A stretch of 64,000 nucleotides of DNA from the NCBI GenBank assembly GCA_035221665.1, contig CM069139.1, positions 68,014,001 to 68,078,000 on the forward strand, in the 5' to 3' direction. Under the pieces are notes generated by a model. That model saw only the letters and a list, made by a program, of their open reading frames with translations, was not told the origin of the DNA and did not search any database. The position numbers and the translations under genes are program-made. The DNA comes from Okamejei kenojei (lineage: Eukaryota). Below, in pieces: positions 25,801-40,800 of this stretch (positions are counted from its first letter, which is position 1; the number at the start of each line of letters is the position of its first letter).

Positions 25801-28800
25801 ATTTACATGAAAACTGATATATATTTTGTGATAATATACTGCTCTCAGCATGACCATTATGGTTTGTATTTGTGGAGAGTGTGTAATTCACCACATTTTC
25901 ATGAAATTATTTTTCAATTGAATACGCAACTGCTAGATTCATAATCTTCAGGGTGGTTTTGGATCCTCTTCATCTGTTTATGCTTAAGAGATCTCAATCT
26001 CAAGAGATTGCAAAAAATAGTTTTATCAAGAAAGTCAAGGTTGGGGTAGTTTTGTCAGAATGGTTCCCAAAGAAAGATTATTTGTGTATCTTGTGTTAAA
26101 TGTCATTCACCCACCAACCTTGTCTTCTTGGTCTAGCTTGGTACCAACCCCCTTTACAACTTCAAGGTTTTATTCCTCATAAACCTTCCTCTCTTTTCAC
26201 CTGCCTTCATGAACATTGTCTCAATCTCTGTGAACTCTCATTTTATACCCATCTCCCCCTTCCCAAAACCTGCTTCCAACAAATTAATCTTCTTTATTTC
26301 TCCCAGGAGAGAATTATTAAAGTCACAGCTAATGTCATATGCATCTTGGTGTGAAACAAAAGCATGTCCATTATATTCTTGCATCTCCATATCAGATCTG
26401 TGAGGAACAAACAGAATCCTTCCTCGTGACATCCAACATTTGACCAGTCTCAGCAAGTGTTACTGAGCAGTTGGGGATGACTAATCTAATCTCTGTATAA
26501 ATGGCAGATACCTCTTCCTGTCTGCTGTCAACAGTGCTCACCTGTGGTTGTGATGGAAGAATCTGTTAGCAACTTAAACATTCTGTACTTGTACAATTCA
26601 TTTCATTGAGAGGAATTGAATAAAGCCAATAATTAATTTTAGCAAGGGAAAAATTGCAGTTTTGAAATTGATCTTGGACTTGTGTAATGGCTGACCAATG
26701 AGATACAAGTTCTTCATTTTCAAGCTGCATTCTCTTTGTAATGGGGAACTTCATTTTTTTTCTCTCTCTCTAGTACTCTGAGTTCAAGGCATTCCATAAG
26801 CCCAGTGGTCTTTACACACAGTAGGAGTTCACCCCACGATGAGACCCGACCAACTCCTTCACCCCAGGGATCACACCATTCATCCTCCACATCTGGGCCC
26901 AGAACATTTTATCCTCGCCAAGGAGCAACCAGCAAATATCTAATAGGCTGGAAAAAGCCAGAAGGGACAACCATTAACTCTGTTGGATTTGTGGATACAA
27001 GAAAGTAAGATTCTAAGTTTTCCACTTAACTCTCGAAAGTGCTTTGTAATCCATATTGTGTCAATAGTTTAGATATTTATGCACGGATCACAAATAAAGA
27101 ACTCCTTGGAATCTGCCCATGCTTATCTTATCCTGCCCCACCTACCTGCTCTGGTAAAATAGTTCTTTATTACCACAGGGATAGATGAGGGCACCAGTGC
27201 ATGACATCTGATAATGAAACTAACTAAAAATATATATTTAAAATTATGCACAAGAAAGAACAACCATTACCCCAGATATGTCCGAATAACTGCTGTGATC
27301 AAACTTAACTGCAGAAATAATTATATTATGCTTGAAAACAGATCCATATATTGTGAACATGTCTGTTACGAAGGATGGATACCAAATAGCTTCAACAAAA
27401 TCTTAGTATGGAATGTTTTTTTTTAAAAACCTGACAGGCACCATGATAATGAGAAACCGGGATGCTGAAAGGGGAATTAGGTCCATTTTTTAGAGGATTT
27501 ATGAGAATCTCTAAAAAATGGACCTTGGGAGATGTTTTGGAAATAGTATGCTCATCCATATAAAAAAGACTGTGACCGCTCCTATATGATGGTAAAATAT
27601 TTTGTTCAGACACGTTCACAGGTTAAGTTGTTCCAAATGTCAATCTTTTTTCAAGCTCAGAACTTTTAGTCCCCAGTTCTAAATTTGTCTTTCTCTCTTT
27701 ACTGTCCTGCTCCTCTTTGACATCAAAGCATGAAATAATACCTCGCATTTGCTGTTTGCCCTGGTGCACCCCACTCGAGGTGCACATTACGATAAGAGGT
27801 GTTAATAATTAGAATGGGGTGGGGGCTGAAAAGAAGGAATAGCAAATTTATTTATGACAGGGTACAGTAAAAAAACCCATCTTGGAACCAATGTAATAAA
27901 TAATCAGCTGAATCTGCTCTGTTGTAGCAAAGAAAACTAATCACTCAGGCAATTTTAGTTGGAGCAATGAAGGTTCAAGGTCATGTTGCTATGATTGACA
28001 GAATCATCATACTTTACTAAATTCAGCACTGGCACCCGAAGATGTGTGCAAATAACGTCCTTGTGGCATACAGTTTTGAATTACCATATTTCCCGGCAAT
28101 GAAGATGCTATTTTTTACCCAAAAATAAGGCACGAAAATTTACCTGCGTCTTGGAGGCCGAAGGTTAGGTTGTTAGCCAAGAAAGATGGACTTGGCTGTG
28201 GGGGGGGGGGGGGAAAGTAGCTCGGGTGGCTGCGAGCGTCCGCCTCCTCAGCGCCTGCCGGATAGCCACGCATGGTGTCCTTCGGCACAGACGTAACCGG
28301 TGGAGGTGGTGGTTGAAGGGTAGCTACTGGGCGGAAGGCTGGNNNNNNNNNNNNNNNNNNNNNNNNNNNNNNNNNNNNNNNNNNNNNNNNNNNNNNNNNN
28401 NNNNNNNNNNNNNNNNNNNNNNNNNNNNNNNNNNNNNNNNNNNNNNNNNNNNNNNNNNNNNNNNNNNNNNNNNNNNNNNNNNNNNNNNNNNNNNNNNNNN
28501 NNNNNNNNNNNNNNNNNNNNNNNNNNNNNNNNNNNNNNNNNNNNNNNNNNNNNNNNNNNNNNNNNNNNNNNNNNNNNNNNNNNNNNNNNNNNNNNNNNNN
28601 NNNNNNNNNNNNNNNNNNNNNNNNNNNNNNNNNNNNNNNNNNNNNNNNNNNNNNNNNNNNNNNNNNNNNNNNNNNNNNNNNNNNNNNNNNNNNNNNNNNN
28701 NNNNNNNNNGACCTGGGAACTGCAGCTAGTCTTCGGGCAAGCGAGCCGCCCTGGACACAACAGCCAGACCTGAGGCAAGCGAGCCGACCTGGGAACTGCA

Positions 28801-31800
28801 TCCATTCGGGGGGCACGCAGCCGGCCTGGGTGTCACAGCCAGACCTGGAGCAAGCGATCCGACCTGGGCGCTACAGTCAGTCCCGGGGCTCGCAGGCGAC
28901 CTGGGAACTGCAGCTAGTCCCAGGGCTCGCAGGCGAACTGGGAACTGCAGCTAGTCTCGGGGACGCGAGGGATCTGGGAACTGCAGCCAGTCCCGGGGCA
29001 CGCAGGTGTGGTTGCCGACCCCTGGACAAAACCAAACCCGTGATCCTGTCCCGCCATCCTTTTTTCAAAATTTAGCGACTTAAATTGGGGGTGCGTCTTC
29101 ATTGCCAGGAAGTACGGTATTTTTTAATGTGCCATGTGCATGTTCTTTCCCTTTAGATTTCTTGCTGCGTTATCACTACATGTACTATGTCCCATCCCTA
29201 AAACCAAGGCAGTGTTATGGCAGATTGACCCCTGTCATGCAAGGTTCCTGCACCTGCATTGTTTGAAAAATTGCTGTCTTCTTTGTTGAGTTTCGACAAA
29301 ATCTGTCACCCATTCTTTTTGTAATGCAATTCTTTTCAGTTAATGCTTTCCAGCTATACACAACGGTTACGGTAGGTGAAATCTTGAGATAATGATTTAA
29401 TTGTTCAATCTAGAAGCATCTGTATTATTTTCTTTTTTTTTTAACTCTCTTTTCAAAAGGAAATTTCCTGCAGATTTTAATATCTGGTGGGACGACAGGT
29501 AGTTGAGTATTCAAGAGATGTTCGAGCAACAAGCTTTTGAAATGCCAATGTTTGCTAGTCTTTGGGCCACGCATGAGATTTTATTTGTCATGTTGATTGC
29601 GGTATAAGCAATTTGAGCATGGGCTTTGTTGTGCAAATTGTGAATGGCATGAAAGCACTTGACAGACTGCTAAGGGATAAATGGGGCTCTGTAAACACCG
29701 TGTACATTTTTAAAGAGTCATTCTTCCATCTTTTAAATTGTGAGTTTACTGTTTACTTTATATTGAATGTTACAGAAAGCTATATTCTAGAGTTCTATTT
29801 AAATACTGAGGTCTTATTATTAATTTTCCATTTTTTAAATAAAGAGCTGGATTTAATGTTCAGAACCAAGCACATTAGGGCAAGAGAAATACAAATCTAA
29901 AATGTTGCAATTGTTGGAAATCTAAAGCAAAACAGGAAATTCTAGAAACACCTTAGACTTACATTAAACTCCATTACTATTCCTCCGCCAACTTTGCCCA
30001 ATTGATCAAGATCTTGCTGTAATTTCTGATACCACCCACTTTAGTGTCATCTGCAAACTTACTAATCATGCCATTTACATTCTCATCCAATGCGTTGATC
30101 AAAGTCACAAACCGAAATGGACCCAGCACCATTCCCTGACATTCACCACGGGTCACATGCCTCCAGTCCGAAAAATAACCTTACATCGTCAACCTCTGCT
30201 TCCTTGCTTGCCTCCTTTATCTGACCAGAACCTCAATTTCTCTCGTCAACCAACCTTCTTTATTCCCTCCTCCCCTCTTGCGTTCTCTCTAACAAGAACG
30301 TATGCCCTGAATTCTTGGCATCATACTTTAAAAAGCATCCCACTTTAATGGGATTCCTTTGCCTTCAAACAACCCACTCCAATCAACTTTAGCATGTTCA
30401 TTTCTAATTGTATCAAAGTTGTCCTTGACACAATTCTGAATTTTAGCATGTGTATCCACCCTGTCTTTACCTTTAACTATTTTAAAGCTAATTGGAAAGT
30501 GGTTATGGCTCCCAAAAGGCGCACCCACAAACACTCAGTTACCTGGCCTTCCCAATTTCCTGAGAGTGGATCAGGCTTTGCCCTCGTCCATGTAAATTAC
30601 ACCCCATCCAAGACCTTGGCACAATGATAGTTCCAGTCTATATTGGGAAAATTAAAATCTCCATCTCTCACAATTTTATTAATCTTGCAACTGCCTGCTG
30701 CATGCTGGCATATTTGTTCTTCTAGTTCCCATTGACTATTTGGGGTCTATAGTACACTCCCAATAAGTTGATCATTTTCTATATCTTGGCTCCACCCATA
30801 TAGTCTTACTGGACGAACAATCTGTAATGCCACTGCTGTGACATTCTCATAATAAATAGAACAACACCCCTCCTCCTTCGCTGTCACTTCTATCTCTCCT
30901 GCAACACCTGTACCCTGGCACATTAAGTCCCAGTCCTGTCCCTCTTGTAGCCATGTTACCATTACGGCTACACTGTCCTAGTTGCAGGTACCTATCCATG
31001 CCCTGAGTTCATCCGCCTTACCGCCTGGCCTCTTGAATTAAAATAATACAATTCCACCCAACAGCCCTTCTTCATTCTCAGCCATATTTCTGCCTATTCG
31101 ACCCACTGAACCTTTTCATCGTCTTCCATACCGACTTCCAATCTCTCATCTGCATCAGTCCTGCATTAAATCTTGTCCCCCTGCCAATCTAGTTTAAACC
31201 CACCCATGTATGGGCCAATAGTATGATCCCATTAGAGAGCTTGCATCTTACTTTTTTCTAAGCTTCTTCACCCATACCCCCTCGGCAGACGAACCCTCCA
31301 GTACATCCTCTCTGCGTGCCATTATAACTGTCTTTCTGATCAGTAACGCAACTCCTCCACCCCTTTTGCCTCCCTCTCGATCTCGTCAGAAACATCAAAA
31401 CTGCCAAAATTTGAGTTTGCCAATTATGTTCCTCCCACAACCACCTGTCCACAATAGCAACAACATCATAGTCCTAGCATCAATCCAGGCTCTATTCATC
31501 TGCTTCACTACTATACCATGAGCGTTGAAATACGCATACTTCAGCTCGTCAGGGTCACCACATTCCATCGCCTCTTCCTGCCAGTTCTTCCTTTGAGATT
31601 TACCGGTCATAATCTCTACCTTCCAATCATTCCTTCCAATTTCTAACCTACTATTCTTTCCCATTCCCAGCCTCTCTATATTAAACCCTTCTGAGCAACA
31701 CTAGCGAACCTTCTTGCAAGGATACTGGTTCCCTTCCAATTTAGATGCAACCCATCACCCTTTTAGGTTGCCTCTGGCCCAGAAGAGATCCAAGTATTCT

Positions 31801-34800
31801 AAACATCTGAATCCCTGTCCCTTACATCAACTCCTGAGCCATATGTCCGATCTTTTTCTACCATTATTAGCATGTGGCACTGGAAGTAATCTGGGATTCA
31901 CTGCCTTGGAGATTCTGCTTTTAAACTTTTTCCTAACTTCCTATGTTCATTTTGCAGGACATCATCCCTTTTCTTACCTAGAGCCGATAGAGTGGAAACA
32001 GGCCCTTCGGCCCAACTTGCCCATACCGATCAACATGTCCCATCTACACTAATCCCACCAGCCTGAATTTGCCCCATATCCCTTTAAACCTATCCTATCC
32101 ATGGACCTGTCTAAATGTTTCTTAAATGTTGCGATAGTACCTGTTTCAACTACCTCCTCCGGCATTCCGTACACCCACCATCCTTTGTGAAAAAAAAAAG
32201 TTACCCTCTCAGGTTCCTGTTGAACCTTTCCCCTCTTCACTTTTAACCTCTGTCCTCAGGTTCTCAACCCTCCTACTCTGGGCAAGAGACTTTGTGTGTT
32301 TACCTGATTTATTCCTCTCATGATTTTGTACACCTCTATAAGATCACCCTTCATCCTCCTGCGTTTCAAGGATAGAGTCCTAACCTGCTCAACCTCTCCC
32401 CATAGCTCAGGCCCTCAATTCCTAGCAACATCCTCGTAAATCTTCTCTAGCTTGACAACCTGTGTCATTTATACCAACACGCATAACAGCTTCTGGCTGC
32501 TCACTCTCCCCCTTGAGAATGTCATGCAGCTGCTCCGAGACATACTGGAACCCAGCACTGGGAAGGGAATACACCATCCTAGAGTGTCAGGTGCTGCCAC
32601 AGAATTTCCTGTCCGCCTCCCAAACTACCGAGTCTCCTACCACTATGGCTCTGCTTGACATTATGATTTCCCATTCTGCCTCAGACTCAGGCTCGATGTC
32701 ACAGGCCTGACTGCTACTACTGCTCACCCCTAATGGGTCATCCAAAAGGGTATACTTGTTTTGAATGGGAATGGTCACCGGGATCACCTGCGCTTTCTGT
32801 CCACTCTGTTTCCTCCTGGTCACCTGAACCTTGGATGTGACCACGTCATTATAACTCCCATCTATGAAGCTGTTATTCTCTCCAATAATCCCAAGGTCAT
32901 GCAGCTACTGCTCCAGTGTCTGTAAAGAGCCGCACATGGACACAATTCATCAACAGAGACACCAGACAGATGTCATCAACAGAGACACCTACAGATTCCC
33001 TGTGAGACCGATCCCATCAATCTCAGTTCCCCACTTATTTTCCTGTATTTATTCTCTCTCAAGTGGCCTTAATACCACTCAGATTCTTCTCTCTCCCAAA
33101 TAGCATAATGTGCAGTAGTTAATGAATCTACCAACCAGTATGTTTGGGGAAATGTAAAGAAATCAGAACACTGGGGGGGAGGGGGGGAACTCACATGGTC
33201 ACATGCAGAGTGTGCAAACTCCACCTGGATTGTTTGTGTGAGGCAGTAGCACTAACTACTGTTGTGCCCATAACAATCAGAAAGCTTGGTGCCCTCTCTC
33301 TGACCATTGATGCATGTCAACCTACTGTGTAATCATACAGATTTCCAACATCTGCAATAATTAGCTTTGGAGTGAACTTGCCATTTCATCTAAGCCTTGA
33401 CCTGCATTAGTTGTGCAGTCAGATGCATTATGCATATGAAGAATGGGGCCACGTTGCCAACAGTGTGGTGCTCAAGAGGAGGACAGGACTAAAACATTTA
33501 TTGTTATTCAGATGGATTACCGCAGGCTTTAAGTACATGCTATCAATGAGCTGAAGGATGAGCTTCAGTAGATGACAGGGGAGTAGTTTAAGGATGTACT
33601 AAAACACAGTCCCGACTCTATATGGCTGTGATGTGAAGAACAGCAGGGGCTGTAAATGGTGCTGTAGTTAAAATAGCACTCAAATACATTGGCCGACTTG
33701 GAAATAGAATGTTGTTAGCTGAAGCAGGAGAAACATTTGGTGCAGTAATAATGTTTACATTATTGTGCTCTGAAGTCCACCTCAGTGCTTTGCGAATTGT
33801 AATGCTCTAAAGAAAAATTACTAAGTTAATCTTTCAAAGGATACCATTTATTTGAACTATTCTTGGTAATTAGACAAAATTCTTAGCTTCGGTAATAAGC
33901 TTAAAGACATGCAATAGTTTAGTCCACACTGCAGAAAGACATTTAAACATGTGCAAGAAGTTCAAGTAATGTATGTGATCTTTAAATCAAGATACAGCAG
34001 TTTTAATGGAAGAGGTTTTGCTTATTACTGACTTTCCCTTCTATTAATGTTTCTTATTTATTTATGTGCAGTGATACACTGCAATGGCCATAGTCATAGT
34101 CATGCAGCACAAAGATAGGCCCATCGACCAAGTTGCTTCATCTAAGCTAGTCAGATTTTAGAATATGCAATTTGCAAAACATTAGTGCTGCCATTTACTC
34201 GAAGAATGAATTTTACAAATCCTTAAGGCTTTAAGGCATTTGTTCATGTGTTGCCTTTTCCCATATATTTTCAGAATGTGCTGATAATATTTATAATGCA
34301 CCTAGCATTGCAGTGTTGATGGCTGCATCATATGCTTTAACATTATGTGAGCGCATGCTTTCACTGTGGAACTACATGTTAATTGTAAATGACCATACAC
34401 TAAAATAATTTCTGTATCGTGTTTGTGCATGTACACAGAGAAAAGAACATCCCCTTTTGCAACTATATGATCAATTGACTGGTCAACATTTATTCACACA
34501 ATTGTTTTAATCAACTGCCTGTGAGTCATGAATGTTTGTAAATGAGTGCACTGTTTTTTGAAGGATGCCTGGGTTGAAATACATCCTCCTTGTTAACAAT
34601 TTGTTGGAAAGTTCCATCACCTGCTTGTGCAGAAATTAAAAAAAAGTTTACTTTTCAAAAATGAATAGGAAATTGTTGAATTGTCAGGAAGAAGGCCTTA
34701 TCATTCTGGGCTTGAAAGATTCCTGGGCACAATGTAAGAAATCTTTGGAATTCTCTAACTGCAAGCAGTATGTACTCAGTCATTGCATAATTTTTAGATT

Positions 34801-37800
34801 GATTTTTGATTACTAAAGTAAATTGAGGATATGGACTGCAGACAGAAAATTGAATGGGAAACTGCTCTTTGGAGTGAGGGAAAAAGAGCTATGCACTTTC
34901 TAACTGGCGAGATCAGAAAATATGAAGCAGTGAAATCTTGCAGAGGAATCGCGAGAACCTTACAAAGTATTTGATTTTTTTAATGGAAAGATACAATATC
35001 CTTTTACCCGATGAAGAGCAGAAATTTGATTTTATACTAGATTCTAGTGAGAATTCAACAGAGGAGATGCAAAAGCTCACACTGTATATAACTGGAGGAG
35101 ATATTGAAGCCTAGATTTAGTGTTAAAGTGACAAGGCTGATGAGTTAAAATAAGGAAAAGTTGTGTGGGCTAAGCTTGTATTCCCTGAAGTGTAGAAAAT
35201 AGAAGGCTGATATGAGAGCTGTTCGAAAGAGTAAAGAATCCGAGAGGATGAACAGATTTCCTCTGATTAGAACAAAGGGTCTTAACTTTAAAATGAGAAC
35301 TGAGCAATTCAAGAATGATATCAGGAACTAATTCTCCATGCATGTGGATTGGGAATCTGGAACAAAACCAAAATGTTGAGATGCTCATCTGCTCAGGAAG
35401 TATCTGTAGATTTTTGTTCAAAGCCTGGTGGCTTAAAAGTCTTTTACGAGTCTTAAGAGTCTTGAAGCCCTTTAAATATAGGAAATGGGAAATAAATCAA
35501 TAACATTTTAGATGCAAATAAATCTTTGTTCTAAAGGATTCCGGTATTTTGGTCTATTTATGGACACCAAAATTGAATCCTGTAAATGATCCAAAAATCC
35601 TTAGAGAGCACCATTGGTGGCATTCCTTCCTAACTGATAAAGTAATATTAACTACTTATTTGTAGTCTCATATTAATCCCATTTTTACTCTTCTTTGCAT
35701 TCTCATCAATTTGCCACAGATTCTGCGGCTTGCTTGCACACGAAGGGCAATTTACAGTGGCCAATTAACCTACCTCTGAAGAAGGGTCTCGACCCGAAAC
35801 GTCGCCTATCTCCTTCGCTCCTTAGATGCTGCTGCACCCGCTGAGTTTCTCCAGCATTTTGTGTAACCCCCAACCTACCAACTCGCCTGAATTTGGAATA
35901 TGGAGAAATCCAGAGAACCCAGGGGAAACCTATGCACAATGGGAGAAGGTGCAAACTTGCACAGATAGCATCCTCTAGCTGTGCCCCTGTACAGCCCTGT
36001 CATCCCAACGATGATTGAAATAATTGCAGGCATACAGAACAGTGGAAGTGTAATTGTATTTAGCAAAGTAAATAACTCAGACAGAAATGATTTACAGGTT
36101 TAAAAGACTTCAGAGATGGCAAATTAGATACTTGTGTCTATTTTGTCAGCTTCTTATATAATGAATATTCTATTTGCTGTTTCAGAGCCCTTGAGGCTTT
36201 GGGACATAACTGATATTTATCGCTTGAAGCTCTGCAATTTACCATCTCTGAAGCATTGCAATATTTTCCACTTTTCGTCCCAGTTGGACCACCTTACCAA
36301 TTCAGATGTTGCCTTGCCAATGATCTGGCGCTGAATAAAAAGATCCTAGCTTTTAATAAGCTCATCTCTATCATCAGTCGTCTCCAGTGCTTTGGAGTAT
36401 TACAGGTGACATGGTTTATAATCACCTGGTGCTCAAAATGCTAACACTGTTATCTTCGATATGTTCCAAGAAGTCTGAACACTTGATTCTGAAGCACACA
36501 ACAGTTGCCTAAAGTTTGCAAATCCCATCCAATTACCTTGAAAAGATTGCCCTCCCTCCCCAGGCAGTTGTGGACCTTAACACCTCATTATTAAAAAAAC
36601 ATATTTTTTTCATACTTAGAGAGGTGGAAAGTATATTAGGGAATTTCCTAAGGGGGCCTGCACTATTCCAAAACTTCGCACCCACCCCCATTTGGGAAAT
36701 TTTAAGCAAAACCAGAATGTGCTGGAATTGAGCCGCATCTGCAATCTGAGAGGATTGCAATTTATGCCACATGTACTGGGACTCTGAGCTGAGAACTTAT
36801 ATAGTATTTCATTTGTCACTTCAATGAAGAGTATCAAGGGTATTTGAGAGTGGTTGGTGGTGCACATATTTTGAACTGCAGAGACCTACCTGTGTTAGTT
36901 TTCAAATGCTTATGGCTTGATGGTTAGTTTAATGATTCTGGGTGTTTTTTTGTGTTTTGGTTACAACTGTGTAGCAAGTTATAACAATGACTTCCATTTC
37001 CTAGTTATTTTGTGGAGTCCAGAAATTTGGCAGTGTGCCATTCACCCACCTACGCTGGGGCAGAGTGGACAGCAGTTTCCTGTGTAGAAGCTCAGAGGAA
37101 CTCAAACCACTTTATTCTGAGGGTACCCCTTGTCAGACACACCAAGAATAAAACAATGTTACAGCAAGGAGCTGAATTGTGATGCATACTTGGCACTTGG
37201 ATATTCTTTGCACAACACTGCCATAAATCCCTGCCCCATTCAATATCTGAAGCACTCACTCTTATTGTAGATGTTCAGCTGCATGCTCGACATGCCATTG
37301 TGCACTTCCCCACTGTTTCACAGAGAAGAATATAAAACAACTTCTAAGATTTAGCTGAAGCTGACTTCAACCAAATGAAATAAACTATGTACAATAAACT
37401 TAAAAACCCTTTTAATGGTTAAAAATGGCTGTGGGAGGAATTCAAAGCTGAATCTAAAGTGGTACAGAATGTTTGCTCACTTGAGGGGAAGGAATTTAAT
37501 TACCAAAGTAACAAGCAATGGATGATGAAGAGGAATAGGACAAATCTGAGAGAAACCACACAATAAAATGCTGAATCGAAAACAGATCCTGGAAAATGGG
37601 AGAGATTTTTAAATCGATAATAAGAATTGAAAAAAGAAATTTGCAATTTGGATACGAAAGTCACCACGAATGAATTTCAAGATTAGGAAAAAAGACAAAA
37701 GCAATGTGGATCTCTTTAAAAGCTGAAAATGACGTTATCAATAGAGAAATAACAAATATATTGAATAATTACTTTGTGCTATTTACATAGAAAAGGTTCT

Positions 37801-40800
37801 CAAGGAAATTAAGATAGAATAACTAAAATTAGTGTTGCTGTCTTAGGTGACCTCTTGGGTTGAGAGTGAGTTGGATTCACACTAGTTCTGTAGGTTCTGA
37901 AGTGATTCATGAGGCCTCTGTAGAATCTGCTGATTATTCGTCACTGTTGAGTAAGAGTGCTTGGTGGTGGCTAAAGTGGGCAGGTGGGTGGTTTGAAGTT
38001 AGTGCTCACACTCTCTCTGTGCTGTTTACACAGACTCATGGACCTGAGGTTCTCAAGGTAATTTGGAATGCTCCTCCACTTTGAGCAGACATCGATTCTG
38101 AATTAATGAGAATATTGCATTTATTTCCTCCAATCAATATTTTCCCCAGGCAGTGCTTGAAATAGAGTGAAACTTATTAAATAGAGTGAAACTTATTAAT
38201 CACATAAAATAAAATTTGTTAACTTTAATACTAGGGTCTGAAGGAATTGCAGCAGGTGATCTGATAAAAATGTCCTGAAGTTCTCAATATATTTTATAAC
38301 CATTAATTTTCAGAACTGAGGGATATTAATAAATTATACATTCAGTTTAGTTTAGAGAAACAGTGCGGAAACAGTGATCCCACTACAACTATCCCATACG
38401 CACTAGGGACAATTTACATTTTTACCAAGCCAATTAACCTACAAACCTGTATGCCTTTGGAATGTGGGAGGAAACCAAAGATCTCGGAGAAAACCCACGC
38501 AGGTCACGGAGAGAACGTACAAACTCCATACAGGCAAGCACCCATAGTCAGGGCCCGGGTCTCTGGCGCTGTAAGGCAGTAGCTCTACCGTGCCGTCCCA
38601 AAGGTGATCCAACCTATCTGTTGCCTCAAGTTACTTGAGTCTTTAACTGAGCACCTGGAACATTACAGCTGCTTGGTAAGAACTGGCACAGATTTGCAAC
38701 GGTTAACATGTTTGTGAATCCAATTGAATTTCCTGTGGCAGTGATTAATGCAGTGGACCATCTAAGGATGTTATTTTTTTATGCATTTCTGGAAGAAATT
38801 TAATAAAAATGATCAGAAGATACTGTCATGAAGTACTGACCTGATTAAGAAACTGAGTAGGAATAACGGACAAATTGACAAAATATGAGGGCTGAAGTAG
38901 GGTCTCAACCCGAAACATTGCCTATTTCCTTCGCTCCATAGATCCTGCCTCACCCACTGAGTTTCTCCAGCATTTTAGTCTACCTCCTTAGATTAAGTGA
39001 GCAATTAAAGCTCCTGTCATTGGAGTTCAATTCAACGTGGGAGGTCATCCACTGTGGTCCTGGAAAGATAAATCTGTGCAATAAGTAGTGCAATGCTGGC
39101 AGCAGTGGTGACTTAAAGAGAAGTAAATGTCCGTATATGATATTAAAATCTCATGAACAAGTACAAAATTTAATCAATAGGTTAACTGAAGATTGGCCTT
39201 TTACTTCAAGGTCTAATATGAAGAGTTAGATGTTGTACTGCAGATGCATAAATCCCTGGATGAAATACATGAAGACTACTGTGAGCAATTCTTGTACCAC
39301 ATCTTAGGAGGGAAACATTGCCCTTTGAAGGAATTCAACACTTTTTTTAAAACTGAAATTGTACTTCAAGAGTTAAATGATGCAGAGTTTACACAGGCTA
39401 GATTGATATTCCCTGAAATTTAGACAGAAAAGTGTGATTTCATTGAAATTATCAGGATATTAAGGGGACCTGATTGGGAAGATTAAGAGAAACCATGCTA
39501 CCCATGGGATCCATGACTACCTACTCATAATCCTAACAAATAGAAACTTTAGCTCACCCTGAGCAGACAGTAGATGACAGCAACTTATATATACTTCACA
39601 ATGAGTGACACGATTATTTGGAAATATACGATTGAATGGTGATTCAACTGGTTGTACTGAGGCCAATCAACTCCTGCTGCTTACCTTTCTGGACCTAATG
39701 ATATCAACATAACCCTTGACATGTGAATGAATCATCTCAAAGATAATCTGCAGCTAAACCTTTAGAAACTATTTTCCCCCAAAATGTGCCTCCTCGCCAG
39801 ATGAATAATCAGCATCCAATTTCAAAATAATTTAAGAACTTAACACATCTTATGGTATGCCATTTACCTCCACTTTAAATATCCAAATCTATTACTGCAA
39901 AACATTTAATCCACAAACATTATTTAGTCCTGATCCACTTGTGAGGCATTACAGAGTTGAGAACCGGCAAGAAGCAAAAAACATCTTTTGGATGCAGGGT
40001 ATGAGGAACCTTTGAGGCTCCAAGTTTTTTTTTTCCCCATTCCTGATGTCGAGGGAACAACACTGGATCTGTTTCTCCTTAAACTCAAAATTCCCCTCAA
40101 TAGTTTTGTACAAATTTCTCTCCTGAGAAATAGGATGCCCTTTTATTTCCTGCTGGGAAGTTCCAAACCACCTGTGAAATACACATATCCTGTGTCAAAA
40201 GCTTAATCCACATTTGGAATCTGTTGTCAATGAAAAAAAGGGCTAAGGAATCCTTCACTTTTTGTCAGCACAATCCTAAATCCCTCACACCAATCTAAAT
40301 TAATTGCCTTCCCCCACCACCCACCCCATGCCACCTTAGTCCGATGCTAATAAGTATCAACAATTAATCTGGTACCCATTGATCGTCCAATCCTGAGTAC
40401 AAATGAATAAAGGCACAGATTCAGAAATCGGAAGTGCAAAGAGAATTGGGAGTGCTGGTGCAGGATTTCCAAAAGATTAATTTGTAGGGTGAGTTGATGG
40501 TAAGGCAGGCAAATGCAATGCTGGCATTCATTTTGAGGGGACTAGAATATAATAGCAAGGACGCAATGCTGAGGCTTTATAAGGTTTTTGTGAGTCCACA
40601 TTTAGAATATTGTGAGCAGTTTTGAGCCTGAGGAAGGATGTTGTGGCATTGGAGAGGGTCCAGAGGACATTTACAAGAATGATTCCAGGGATAATTGGGT
40701 TAGAGTATGAGGAACATTTGATGGCTCTGGACCTGTACTCGCTGGAGTTTAGAAAGATGAGGGGGGTTCTCATGGAAACCTATCAGATAATGAAAGGGCT

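Noticed and set aside
28115-28816. Long ORFs of 167-233 aa
   Set aside because: Artefacts of translating through an N gap inside a MITE.
28710-29000. Repeat-spacer-like pattern resembling a CRISPR array
   Set aside because: Eukaryotic intron; the spacers resemble each other, it lies within TIRs, and there are no cas genes. It is a minisatellite.
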